A DNA stretch of 63,939 nucleotides, filler included, from Octopus bimaculoides (Eukaryota), in the NCBI RefSeq assembly GCF_001194135.2. It is 5 parts of 4 records of this genome, joined end to end, with 100 filler letters (N's around TTAATTAATTAA, not from the genome) between each part and the next. Parts side by side here need not be neighbours in the genome. Positions count along the whole stretch, not along the records: positions 31,742 to 52,620 come from NC_068983.1; positions 52,721 to 61,410 come from NC_068983.1; 3 more parts are not named here. One strand, written 5' to 3'. Below the pieces are notes generated by a model, which saw only the letters and a program-made list of their open reading frames with translations, ran no database searches and was not told the DNA's origin. The position numbers and the translations under genes were made by a program. Shown here in pieces: positions 48,006-60,923 of this stretch; position 1 is the first letter of the stretch; the number at the start of each line of letters is the position of its first letter.

Positions 48006-49036
48006 GTTTGATTGCATGATGAGATTTTTTTTACACATATATGTAATATGTATATATATCATCGGCAGAAGTTAGAGAGTAAGTCAAAAGCTGAGAGTTT
48101 CATGTATTGGCACTTATCAAACACAAATAAGTCGATTACATTGGCGTGCTAACGTTTCTGCCAGCTTGCCGACTTAGAATGTAAACATTCATTTTAGAAA
48201 TATATTCTTTATTCTTATTGCTGAAGCATTACTCCCTTACTTACTGCCGTGAAATTTCATAACATTTTACTTCATAACTCTTTTTCTACTAATTTTTGTT
48301 CAATGTGACTAGCAACTCTGAATTCCTCATGCATTTTTCTATCATTTAAGCCTAAGAAAGGTATACTTTTAATTTAAAATTAAAAAATGTATGTTAACTG
48401 AAGATGCATATCTGCCTTACAACCCCCCTTGAGGTCGCAGATATTTTGATGTAACTTTTTTTCTACAGAACCAAATCTTAAACTGTTTATGCCAAAGTGT
48501 AGCTGAAGAGGTGCCCTCTTTAAAACTATTAACAGTTTGCAATTTAGTTGAGAACTGAATTAGTGGTGAAGCTTAGAAGCTGCTGCAATTGATGAAATGG
48601 TGGACTTGAGAATATATTCAACCATGGTAGTGGTTGAATGATTCTACTTGGAGGATAAAAATAACTTAGCTTAAACAACCCCTTCTTTTTTGTTTTACAT
48701 TTGTTTGATTGTGGAGTAAATTTTAGTAAATCAAGTAACATTACAGTCAAGCTAATCTTTTTTTTTTATTGCCAAACATTGAATTGAAATAGGAGTGAAA
48801 ACTGTTTCATTAGGTAGACACGTTTTATCTCGAGAGACATGTTGTATGTGGTATGTACACTGTAATCAAATCCTCAGTGATTCAGCACATTTACATCAGC
48901 AATGCTGCAGCAATTACTTTGTGATATTTAGCAAATACGCTTGATACGACTATGTTTTTTGTTCTGCTTAGTCTTTACATAGGTTTACATTCATAAACAC
49001 ACAGACATACACACACACAGACACACACACACACAG

Positions 49037-49069
<33 letters not shown>

Positions 49070-49106
49070 TACATGAAATTTTAACTTAGTAAAAATTCTG
49101 ACTTAC

Positions 49107-49138
49107 ATTTATATAGTCTTTTAATTCTTGGCATGTGT
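49107..49138 (-). CDS. Candidate 32-nt exon (E4)
   Basis: cctttgttcttattacag|ACACATGCCAAGAATTAAAAGACTATATAAAT|gtaagt; open frame (Y)TCQELKDYIN. Confidence 0.45.
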
Positions 49139-50167
49139 CTGTAATAAGAACAAAGGTGACAGTTATAGAATGGTATAAAATAATCAAATAAAAAAATTGA
49201 GTGTCTGAAATGAATGAATGGATAATGCTGTCAAAATGTCTCCTAGCTAATGACTCATTTGCTAATGCTGTACTTGCATCTATGCATTTTGTTAAATTTT
49301 AGTAAGGGCTTGAAATCAACTCATGCATATAACCTTCAAAACGGTATGCACATTCATGCAGAGAGACATTAAGTAGTGTCTGTTGTTGTAATACCTGGGA
49401 TAAGATCCAGGTATTTTACAACTATGTTACACTTTCAAATGAACATGTTTACAGCCTCTTGAGGAGGCTGCTGTGAGTTAATTCTTGTATTCAGTTTCTT
49501 TGTGAAGCATATGGGAGGGAATTCTTCCCACTTATTAGGACAGGCTGTCTAGCTGTTGTAGGTGATCTGGTGCCCATGTAAAACAATGCAATCATCTCGC
49601 CAGGGAAAAAAAGAGAAACAAAACTCATCAAGAAGCCATTTTAACCGAATGTGATTACCAATGAATGCTTGCAAATTATTTAAAAAAAAAACCTTTTAAT
49701 AGATTTAATGTCGAAGGCAATTTAGAGAAGGAGGAGAAAGAAAGAAATTAACAGAAAATTAAGAGTGGAGAAATATAGTGTGATAGATGAATGGGAATAA
49801 AGCTTAAAAGCGTGGAAATGAAATGTTAGAAGACAGTTAAAGGTCAAATTTTATAGATTGGTAGAAATTACTTATAGGAACTAAAGGTATGTTTTTGCCA
49901 ATGTTTGCAACAATAAACGCATTCTTTAAACGTGTTTACAAGAGAATTCTCAGAGAACAGGATGAGAAATTGTTCTTTGTTACAGAGTGAACAAAATGAT
50001 TTGCCTTTATCATATGGGAAGGATCTAGATAGAATATTCTATTCCAAATCAAATTGTTTATTATGTTCCTTTAGAGACCAAATTAATTTACTAAGCCCAG
50101 TACTGGTTAAAAAGCACTGGGAAAAAATGCAACAGATGCAAAGTAATAAAAACAAATCAGTACATAC

Positions 50168-50216
50168 ATCTACTGCAACGTTTTTTCTTATTTCGTCGGA
50201 ATCTCATATGTGGTTT
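50168..50216 (-). CDS. Candidate 49-nt exon (E3)
   Basis: Poly-T plus ccag acceptor and gtatgt donor; single open frame KPHMRFRRNKKKRCSR. Confidence 0.45.
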
Positions 50217-50277
50217 CTGGAAAAAAAAAAAAATAGAAGTTATATTAGTAAGGTGCACTTAATATTTTTTTTACTGG

Positions 50278-50495
50278 CTAAGGTGACAAGCTGGTACAAT
50301 TGTTAGCATGCCAAGCTAAATACTTAGCAGCATTTCGTCTGTCCTTATGTTGTGAGTTCAAATTCTGTTGAGACTGACTTAGCTTTTTAGCCTTTCAGAG
50401 TCAACAAAATAAGTTCCAGTTGAGTACTGGGGTTGATGTAATTGAATTACCCGCTTCCCCAAAATTGTTGGCCTTGAGCCAAAATTTGAAACCAA
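50278..50495 (+). mobile_element. SINE B (diverged)
   Basis: aaggtgacaagctgg..gagttcaaattctg..ggccttgagccaaaatttgaaacc. Confidence 0.8.
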
Positions 50496-52008
50496 TAATT
50501 TTCTTACTGGTCACAGTCATTAGATTCAAGGCATGCTGATTTATGTTTCAATTCCACCTTCAAGGATCTTGTTCAATCTTATCATCCCTGGTGTCTATTC
50601 TATTGATTTATTTTGAAGGGTTAAGTTATCTTTTGATGTAAAAGAATGCAGCTTATCACTTGTATATCGAACTACATATACGCATATTGTCTACTAAATT
50701 CCACTCATAAAGAATTGATCAACTACAACAAAAGGTTTTGAAAATAAAGTAATTTTTCATTACTACTATATATCCATTTATCAATGAAAATAATTTGGAT
50801 TTTGGGCTTATAGCCATAATGTTGTGGGTTCAGTTCTTCTACCAGGTAATGCATTGTATCCTTGAGCAAAGCACATCATTCCATGTTGCTCCAGTCTACT
50901 TAGCAGAAAATGGGTACCATCCTAGTGCTGGTGCAGCACTCTTTCCTCTAGCTGTCACATCCTTGATGTTCTGTAGGACAAAGGTGAGGAAAGGCGAGAG
51001 CTTATATATGTTTGCTTGCAACTCCATAGACGCCTAAAACAACAAAAGCATGGTACAAGTTTCCATACTTACTTATGAGTGAAGGCTAAGCATATATATT
51101 AATGGTATATCAAAAGGAATGATCGGAAGAAATATGAGCATGTATAACTAACATTAGAGAAATTGTTTTTGCTGCTAGATGATATTCATTACTTATGAAG
51201 AAAGAGTGGAAGCTAATGTCATTTAAGTAAATCGAAACGAGCACAGTAATAAGTATACCTTGCTGAGAGAGAGAGATGACAATGCAATGGCTCTGGTATA
51301 GTGATTTGTACTCATGAACATATAACTGGCTGAAATAATTTTCATAAACCTTCCTAACCCATTAAGCAAATAGCACACTTAAAAGTGCATTGTATCTTTC
51401 ACATTTATTCAAGCTTGCTTTAACAATATTTGATTCATTACTATTTTCCCTTTCGTTACTTTAATGGTTTACTATTGACAGCATGAATGTTACTGTGTAA
51501 TATTTATGTTTCAGTCAATCAAATCCTTGATCTATTTTCAGTTCCCAGCTGGAAACATCTTATCCTTTAAAAAAGTGTGAATATCATATTGCTCATTGAT
51601 GCTTAGATTTAAAAACAGAAACAGTATTATGCAAATGTAGTAAATTACCATTCTTATTTTTATTATAGAATGAAACTCTATTCTCTTATCACCCTTATTT
51701 CTAGAAAAGTGTCTAATCTTTGGAGTTTTTCTATAGACAAAACTTCAAGGTCAACCATTCTCTGTATTATATTTATCACTCTTACTCACCTATTAAAAAA
51801 ATTTATAAAGAAGAGAACTTCTCTCTCTTTATTCCAAGTCTCCTTTTCTTTTTAACCATACAGACCTGCTAGCCATGTACATAAGCATGGCTGTGCAGGT
51901 AAAATGTTTGCCTCCAAACCACATAGTTTCAGGTTCAATCCCATTGCATGGCACTGCTGCTATAACCCCCATGTACATACATACATACATGCATGCACAC
52001 ATACATAC

Positions 52009-52387
52009 AGTATATGTTAAAGAAGAAAATGGAGAGGTTTAACAGATAACAGCAATTTATTAATATATTGTCAATTTACATTTGCCTACAATTGTTTCCA
52101 TATCCAACTCATTCAAATTACAAATTTATAAATTAAAATTGCATTTTGAAAATTGCGAGTTAAATATTTCTTAAGAGCAAAAAATTGACACAAAAGGAGT
52201 TACATCTTAATTGATTGAGTTTTCTCAACAGACTCATGAGAAGACTCAATCGATTAAGATTGCAATTTTAATTTGTAATTTGTATGAGTTTTATATGGAA
52301 ACATTTGTAGGCAAATGTAAATTGACAATATGTTAATAAATTGCTATTATCTGTTAAAACTCTCCATTTTCTTCTTTAACATATACT
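52009..52387. mobile_element. Near-perfect palindromic (hairpin) element: 151-bp right arm, 9-nt loop, left arm with 60-bp and 8-bp insertions
   Basis: 52009-52143 plus 52204-52227 is complementary to 52237-52387; loop acagactca. Confidence 0.9.
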
Positions 52388-52620
52388 ATCATCATCATCA
52401 TCATCGTCGTTTAACGTCCGCTTTCCATGCTAGCATGGGTTGGACGATTTGACTGAGGACTGGTGAAACCGGATGGCAACACCAGGCTCCAATCTAATTT
52501 GGCAGAGTTTCTACAGCTGGATGCCCTTCCTAACGCCAACCACTCAGAGAGTGTAGTGGGTGCTTTTACGTGTCACCCGCACGAAAACGGCCACGCTTGA
52601 AATGGTGTCTTTTATGTGCC
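52388..52620 (-). mobile_element. RTE-type 3' end with (GAT)n tail, well preserved
   Basis: catcatcatcgtcgtttaacgtccgctttccatgctagcatggg..gatgcccttcctaacgccaaccac; CpGs largely intact. Confidence 0.8.
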
Positions 52621-52720
52621 NNNNNNNNNNNNNNNNNNNNNNNNNNNNNNNNNNNNNNNNNNNNTTAATTAATTAANNNNNNNNNNNNNNNNNNNNNNNN
52701 NNNNNNNNNNNNNNNNNNNN

Positions 52721-52781
<61 letters not shown>

Positions 52782-52782
<1 letters not shown>

Positions 52783-53195
52783 TTCTGCTCAATACCACAG
52801 ATTTATTTTTCAGTTGCTTGACCTTAACCAGTTGAACATGTCTCTAAGTGGCTGACGATACGTACATCTCTGATCACAAGCAGAAGTAGTGGGGAAGCAT
52901 CATAGCCATGTGTTGAGAGGAATTCTTTGAGGTTTGAATAATTTGCCTCTGGAAACATGGATGTTTCGTTCATCATCCTTAAACATCCCTCATTCAGGGA
53001 CCTTTTGAGTGGGATGGGCTACTCAACCTGAAGAAAATTCTAACCTGCAAAGTCATTCACTGTTTATCTTGATATGGAATCACCATGTTGCGCACACTTG
53101 GTTGTGATGCATGTGCCTGGTGTACCCTTTCAGACGGTTAGTCATGATGGGTAAATTGGGTTTCGCATATTTGTACTCAAGTGTCTCTCTCACTC
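52782..53195 (+). mobile_element. Unclassified ~415-bp non-coding element bounded by (AAT)n
   Basis: (AAT)n at 52721-52781; the element ends ctctctcactc-aataat. I recall it as an abundant octopus repeat; only one copy in this window. Confidence 0.5.
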
Positions 53196-53212
53196 AATAA
53201 TAGTGATAATAA

Positions 53213-53580
53213 ATGGTTTCAAATGTTTGCACAAGGCCAGCAATTTCGGGAGTGGGAGTAAATCGATTACATCAACCTCAGTGCTCATCTGGTACTTATT
53301 TTATCGACTGCGAAAGGAAGAAACGCAAAGTCGACCTCGACGGAATTTGAACTCAGAACGTAAAGACGGGCAAAATGCCGCTAAGCATTTTGCCCGGCAT
53401 TCTAACGATTCTGTCATAATAATGATGATTTCAAAATTTGGCACGGGCCAGCAGTTTTTGAGGGGGAGGGGCAGTTAATCACATCGATCCCAGCATTTAA
53501 TTGATGCTTGTTTTATTGACCACGAAATGCTAAGTCAGTCTCAGCGGAATTTGAACTCGGAAGACAAAGCCGGGCGAAAA
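53213..53580 (-). mobile_element. Two adjacent SINE B copies
   Basis: 53213-53412 and 53433-53580, both starting (t)ttcaaa(a)tttg(g)cac and containing cggaatttgaactc. Confidence 0.8.
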
Positions 53581-53637
53581 CCAAGCATTCATATTTGTCA
53601 GTGTAGAGCCAAATTTAAAATAAAATAGCCCGCTTAC

Positions 53638-53705
53638 ATGTTCTTGAGCCTTGCGTGTCGATATTTTTTCAGTCTGCATATGTATAGACCAGACAAGTTT
53701 TGCTC
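53638..53705 (-). CDS. Candidate exon (E2)
   Basis: Donor CAT|gtaagc; weak acceptor (alternative at 53673); frame AKLVWSIHMQTEKISTRKAQEH links the phases of E1 and E3. Confidence 0.2.
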
Positions 53706-54433
53706 CTACTCAGAAATCGACTAATTCTGCTTCTTCCATTTCAGTTTGAGAATTAGCTGACATCTAAGTGCTAACGCTGTCCACATAAATGGTGACCATA
53801 TTACGGCGTCTCAAAGCAAGATGAACGTCCCTCACAAGGCTAGCATTTTACCCCGAAAATGCACTGGATTTCAGTTAATTTGACAGATTTTAATGAAAGT
53901 CTATAACAACAAACTTGTAGTAGATATATAGCAAGGGCGCGCNNNNNNNNNNNNNNNNNNNNNNNNNNNNNNNNNNNNNNNNNNNNNNNNNNNNNNNNNN
54001 NNNNNNNNNNNNNNNNNNNNNNNNNNNNNNNNNNNNNNNNNNNNNNNNNNNNNNNNNNNNNNNNNNNNNNNNNNNNNNNNNNNNNNNNNNNNNNNNNNNN
54101 NNNNNNNNNNNNNNNNNNNNNNNNNNNNNNNNNNNNNNNNNNNNNNNNNNNNNNNNNNNNNNNNNNNNNNNNNNNNNNNNNNNNNNNNNNNNNNNNNNNN
54201 NNNNNNNNNNNNNNNNNNNNNNNNNNNNNNNNNNNNNNNNNNNNNNNNNNNNNNNNNNNNNNNNNNNNNNNNNNNNNNNNNNNNNNNNNNNNNNNNNNNN
54301 NNNNNNNNNNNNNNNNNNNNNNNNNNNNNNNNNNNNNNNNNNNNNNNNNNNNNNNNNNNNNNNNNNNNNNNNNNNNNNNNNNNNNNNNNNNNNNNNNNNN
54401 NNNNNNNNNNNNNNNNNNNNNNNNNNNNNNNNN

Positions 54434-54470
<37 letters not shown>

Positions 54471-54853
54471 TGTTTGTACGCGAGCATATGTGGTTGTATA
54501 TGAATAAGTGCGTGTAAATTGCGTGTGAATCCACATTTTCTGTATTTGTGTGTATGCGTGAATCTATTTATATAAAAACAAATTGAATGATAAAAGAGAT
54601 AGCATGTATTACGGTACACTGCGCTACACAAACTCATTTCAATATAAACGCGAATATATAAACATTGGTTGTATTATAAAATAGCTCGTAGTCTAAGACA
54701 GCCGAACTATACAGTCCTATCTCTCACCCACATAGACACACACATATACACATAGTGACTCACAAAAGCCTACACAAAGACAAACTCACATATAAAGATA
54801 ATTGTATATATATATGTATATGTATATATACGCATACATACATGTATGCATAA

Positions 54854-54909
<56 letters not shown>

Positions 54910-55179
54910 NNNNNNNNNNNNNNNNNNNNNNNNNNNNNNNNNNNNNNNNNNNNNNNNNNNNNNNNNNNNNNNNNNNNNNNNNNNNNNNNNNNNNNNNNNN
55001 NNNNNNNNNNNNNNNNNNNNNNNNNNNNNNNNNNNNNNTATATATATACGTATATGCATATGTATTAATATGTATGTATGCATATATGTATGTATGTGTA
55101 TATATATATTATGAATAAATATTTATATACACGCACGCTTGTATATATACTTATACACATATATGTTTATACATACTAA

Positions 55180-56455
55180 CTCGTATGGCTATGAAGGAGT
55201 GATGCTAGAGCTGAGAAATCTTGCATGCATTACTTTCAATCCTTCTTATTAATAACTGCCCTGTTTCTTTCCAGGTAAACTGACATCTGACTGTTCAAAG
55301 AAAACTTCCAAAAGTAAGTAGTTACGATTTCTCTTGAAAATGGGCAAAATTTGGTATTGTGGTTTTCTCAAGTACCTTCAGAAAAAAGGGCTTAGCCCCC
55401 AAGGACATTCATACTTACGTCGTTGCTACATTAGGGAAGATGCTCCAGCTTTATCAACAATGCAAAAGTGGGCGGCTGAATTTAGAAACAGAACGCAGAG
55501 GCTTGAAGATGCCCCAAGGTCTGAACATCCTTCAACTCTCATCACCGAGGAAAACATTGATCGTGTACAACACATGTTGATGGATGACCGGTGATTGACT
55601 ATAAATCAAATAGCCAATGCAATTATCATATCCCGTGAGAGAGTTGAGAATATTCTGCATAATGAACTTGGCATGATGAAGGTTTCTGTCAGGTGGGTGC
55701 TACGTCTTCTAACACCTGATCAAAAGTGCACCAGGCTGATCACATCTCGGGAAAATCTGACTTGGCTTGAGGCAGATCCAGCTGGTTTCCTTGAACGTTT
55801 CCTAAGCCAAGATAAACGTTGTGTTCATTATTTTGATCCAAGGAGAAAAAGAATGGGTGTTTCCATGCAGTGGAAACACCCATTCTCACTTGCTTCAAAG
55901 AATGCCAAGGTCGTTTCATCTGCATGGAAAGAGACGGCCTCAGTCTTTTTTTTTACGATGCAAAAGACATTTGGTTTATTGACTATCTTCAGAAGGACAA
56001 CACCATCAATAAAGAGTACTACGCCAACTTACTGAAGCAGTCAAGAAAGGCTACTAAGACCAAATGCTAAAGAAATCTGACGAAACAGGTCTTGTTTCAT
56101 CGGGGCAACGCTGCACCATAGAATTCCTTGGTTTCAGTAGCTGCTGTGCGTGACTGGCTTTGAACTGGTTGCTCACAGTCCCTATTATCCTGATTTAGCC
56201 CCATGCGACTATCATCAGTTCCCCAAGATGAAAAAGCACTTGGCTGGCAACCAGTATCATAGTGATGAGTTCATATCTGCTGTTGAATACTTTTTTGACC
56301 AACAGGATAAAAGCTTCTTCTCCAATGGGATCCAAGCAACACCGATGGAAGAAGTGTGTGGACCGCAAGGGAGACTATGTTGAAAAATAAACCTCATTCG
56401 GTCACATTCCACGACAGCATCATGGTCAGCATATGAACTTTTCAGTCGACCTTAG
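55180..56455 (+). mobile_element. Near-full-length mariner (DD34D-type), transposase 55340-56390 disrupted
   Basis: MGKIW..KKGLAPKDIH..DAPALSTMQKWAAEF..EDAPRS..MDDR*LTINQIA..KVSVRWVLRLLTPDQK..QWKH..HSPYYPDLAPCDYHQFPKMKKHL..WKKCVDRKGDYVEK*; right TIR ..atgaacttttcagtcgaccttag-TA. Left end not clear. Confidence 0.92.
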
Positions 56456-56507
56456 TATAAAAGTTATATATAAAAGGTTTATTGATATAGAAGTAGATAT
56501 AAAGAAA

Positions 56508-56595
<88 letters not shown>

Positions 56596-56770
56596 ATAAA
56601 AAATAGATAGCTAGATAGATAGATAGATAGGTAGATAGACAGACAACAGACAGACAGGCAGACAAATAGAAAAATATATAGATAGATAGAGATAGATAGA
56701 TAGATAGATAGATAAGATAAGATAGATAGATAGATAGATAGAGAGATAGATAGATAGATATATAGATAGA
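56508..56770. repeat. (GATA)/(GACA) array
   Basis: Tetranucleotide runs. Confidence 0.92.
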
Positions 56771-58372
56771 TTTTGATATACACAGGGTGTTAGAACTAAA
56801 TTAGACATTTCCCCGTGGTATCCTACTCTGGATAGTTGATCCTTCAAAGTGGACATTACTGGCTGCAACAACTTCTAAGAAGCCACACACCCACTCTCAT
56901 AGTTTTCCAACAACAACGACCTCACGAACCTTGACAATACACCAACATTTGACTGGTTTAGTAACTGCTTTAGCGTCAAGTCAAGAGGCTGTAATAGTTG
57001 TCTCTGGGCAGAAACCCAGGATCTTTTTTCCTCAAGGAACATAATCAGTTATTTTTTTTATTCGTTGCACATATTGTAATCATATGAAAGTGAATGATAT
57101 AGGCCTACAATTGGTTTTCATTACCTTTATTCCTCATTTGTGAAAAGTAATATTATTACACTCTTTCAAGTATCAGATAATTTTAACGTCACACACGCGC
57201 ACGCGCGCACGCAGTTACACACACAGACACACACACGCACACGTACATGCATGTATAGTATACAAACATATGACTTTCAATAATGTGCCCCGGCATGACC
57301 CCACATTCCAGTGACTAAAGCCAGTAGAAGCATAAAAGAATATAAATATTCTTATGTACATTCATACATACCTATATATATATGCATATACACGCATACA
57401 TATACACAGACACACACGCATATATATATATATATAATAGATACACATATACATGTATATGTGTGCATGTAAGTATGTATATATGTAAATATGCATGTGA
57501 ATGTGTGTACGTGTATATATGCGTATTTGTACGTGAGTAGTTTTCCATATACATTGAAGAAATGTGGCGTGAAAACATTGCAGTTATCAACGGAAAGAAT
57601 CTATTCTTATTAATTGGCACATAATATTCCATACCGTCGATAGGAAGCCATAATTGCTGTAAAAGAATGTCTTATAGTTAACGTACTAACTATGCCTCTT
57701 CGAGACTCAGATAAATTTACAGGAATACACTTAACGCCAGCTATGTTACAGTAGGAATTAGGTCTGCGTTGCTACAATTAATGTTACAACTTCCCGGCTA
57801 TACTCTGAGTATACGCTCTGCTGAAAGATTAATGACAGTCATTGTTGGTCGAATAAGCTATGTGCTTTTTTTTTCCTTACCGATCAGTATGCTTAATCAT
57901 TTGTTTTGTATTTATATATTTCACTGTTTTGTCCCCACCCTCCACCTAGTACAGTACACTTTAACTGAAATGTTTAGCGTGAATTTTATTAAAAGGAACG
58001 CAGCTCCGATAACAGAGTTAACATCCATTGAAAAGGTTGCAAAATCAACGAAGATTTTGGAAAGGAAAAAATATAAATAATAAATGAATGGAAATTGAAC
58101 CGGTGAGTGTGTTAGATATTAAGACAGTATGACTCTCCCCAGACACAAAAAAAAAAAAAAAAATTGTTTCAACACACAAATTCGCATAAAGATTCTTGCA
58201 AACCAGATACAAAAAACGAAATTTATAAATATATACATGCGTTTATGTGTTTGATTTAAATATGCCAATGGAAACTAGTTGAACACTAAACAGAAAAATA
58301 AGATATGCTTCTTTCTCCAGCTTCAAGTAGAAATTCGATATATAAATGTTACACGTATATATATATGTATCT

Positions 58373-58478
58373 TTTGTCTTTTATCTTTTACTTGTTCCAG
58401 TCATTAGACTGCAGCCATGCTGGAGAATTGCCTTGAAGGGTTTTAGTCGAACCAATCGACCCCAGGATTTTTTAAAGC
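58373..58478 (-). mobile_element. SINE C 3' end
   Basis: ttttacttgttccagtcattagactgcagccatgctggag..tagtcgaaccaatcgaccccagg. Confidence 0.75.
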
Positions 58479-58927
58479 NNNNNNNNNNNNNNNNNNNNNN
58501 NNNNNNNNNNNNNNNNNNNNNNNNNNNNNNNNNNNNNNNNNNNNNNNNNNNNNNNNNNNNNNNNNNNNNNNNNNNNNNNNNNNNNNNNNNNNNNNNNNNN
58601 NNNNNNNNNNNNNNNNNNNNNNNNNNNNNNNNNNNNNNNNNNNNNNNNNNNNNNNNNNNNNNNNNNNNNNNNNNNNNNNNNNNNNNNNNNNNNNNNNNNN
58701 NNNNNNNNNNNNNNNNNNNNNNNNNNNNNNNNNNNNNNNNNNNNNNNNNNNNNNNNNNNNNNNNNNNNNNNNNNNNNNNNNNNNNNNNNNNNNNNNNNNN
58801 NNNNNNNNNNNNNNNNNNNNNNNNNNNNNNNNNNNNNNNNNNNNNNNNNNNNNNNNNNNNNNNNNNNNNNNNNNNNNNNNNNNNNNNNNNNNNNNNNNNN
58901 NNNNNNNNNNNNNNNNNNNNNNNNNNN

Positions 58928-58986
<59 letters not shown>

Positions 58987-60479
58987 GACAAACAGAATAG
59001 ACAATTAATATTTCATATTACAAAGGGAGTCGATATTTTTGCTCATATAGTTTGAGAACAAGTTATACATAATGAATAATATTTCAAAGCGAAGATAGAA
59101 ATTTCTTGTTTACTGGCCTGTACTGGATTTAACTCCATAGAGGAGATGCATCACAGTCTTTATCAATGAGTACAGAAGTTGTAACTACTGGAAGCAAAGC
59201 GATTTGTTGCATATCATCTTTCTGTTGACCCGCATGGTGTAATTGTCTTTCTACGTCTTTTGAAAACTATGTCTTTTTCAAACTTTCCATATAGAGCCAC
59301 GGCCTTTCTTACCTTTATCCTACATACATCAAATTACAGAAAACTGAATTGAATATCACCTGATAGATACAATGAATTGAAAGAGTTTATGAAGACATAA
59401 CTTGTTTGGTCAAAAGCCTTCCGTGTATTATTTGTGTAATGTTTTGAGGGCTAAAAATATATTTCTCGTGTTTGGTTACTTCATAAAGGAAGGTTTCTTT
59501 ATATCTATAATAGTTTCTCTAACCTCTCCACTCACCAGAAAAGAACAGTTTAAGAAAGTGATGGAAAGTTGACTTAGTATTGATTTAAAACTGTTGGATG
59601 TTAGAAGTTTGTTGCTATACAAATCCATGTAGGAGATAAAAGTAGTAAACAAAAATGTAGGGGTATAATTTTTAGAAAAATTTAAATGGAATTGTTTTGG
59701 TAGAATAGACATTGGTGTAGCGAGCACAGAAGAGATGTAGTTTTTCCTTCAAAGATTGTTGTATATTTATCCATTCCGGGAAGCATATATCGAATTCCAG
59801 CACTTGACACATACATTCATATAAAGAAGTTGTTTGAGTATTCTATTATCACTGTGTATATGAGTATGTTTTCGTGTGTATGAAGCCTAATACGGATCCC
59901 TAGCTCCAACCTCAGCTGTGAACTTGGAACCTAACGGATGACCAATTATAGCACTTACTCAGCGTACCTATTTGTTCAGATCACCAGTGATATATATATA
60001 TATATATATATATATANNNNNNNNNNNNNNNNNNNNNNNNNNNNNNNNNNNNNNNNNNNNNNNNNNNNNNNNNNNNNNNNNNNNNNNNNNNNNNNNNNNN
60101 NNNNNNNNNNNNNNNNNNNNNNNNNNNNNNNNNNNNNNNNNNNNNNNNNNNNNNNNNNNNNNNNNNNNNNNNNNNNNNNNNNNNNNNNNNNNNNNNNNNN
60201 NNNNNNNNNNNNNNNNNNNNNNNNNNNNNNNNNNNNNNNNNNNNNNNNNNNNNNNNNNNNNNNNNNNNNNNNNNNNNNNNNNNNNNNNNNNNNNNNNNNN
60301 NNNNNNNNNNNNNNNNNNNNNNNNNNNNNNNNNNNNNNNNNNNNNNNNNNNNNNNNNNNNNNNNNNNNNNNNNNNNNNNNNNNNNNNNNNNNNNNNNNNN
60401 NNNNNNNNNNNNNNNNNNNNNNNNNNNNNNNNNNNNNNNNNNNNNNNNNNNNNNNNNNNNNNNNNNNNNNNNNNNNNNN

Positions 60480-60523
<44 letters not shown>

Positions 60524-60923
60524 GGGGGCTCGGTAGAACGAAGAGGGTAAATAGAACGCAGTGAATGGTATTCATGTTTTATTCATTTTAATCAATTTTA
60601 ATCAGCAGATATTACAAAGTAACTTGGGGGCCGAACTTTTCGCGCATGAACTTATCAAACTTTGATAAGTATCATGCAACCTTGATGTAAATTCTTTTGT
60701 TTTGTCCGTAGTAATGAATCGCGACTGATTATGTTTACATTACTAGGGCTGCATCTGATTTGTAATTTGATTTTCTTTCACGTGTGCTACGACACAGTAC
60801 ATCAGCAAATGGATTTCACTCTGTTTGCATATAAGTCTCAGATTAGCGATTCATTTAGTTTCGAAGTGATCCAAGTACATGGGTATTGATAAGCCATAAT
60901 AATGGTGAAATATCGGTACCTAC

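Noticed and set aside
49932-50306. 124-aa plus-strand ORF
   Set aside because: No recognisable domain, AT-rich composition, and it overlaps a better-supported minus-strand exon candidate.
59100-59330. Protein-like minus-strand stretch (FSKDVERQLHHAGQQKDDMQQIALLP) and nearby strong donor at 59311
   Set aside because: No acceptor/donor pair gives an open frame compatible with the other exons.
657-60575. Long ORFs in the supplied track made of X runs or IYIY/CVCV/THTH/LSLS/poly-residue tracts
   Set aside because: They are translations of N gaps and microsatellites, not genes.
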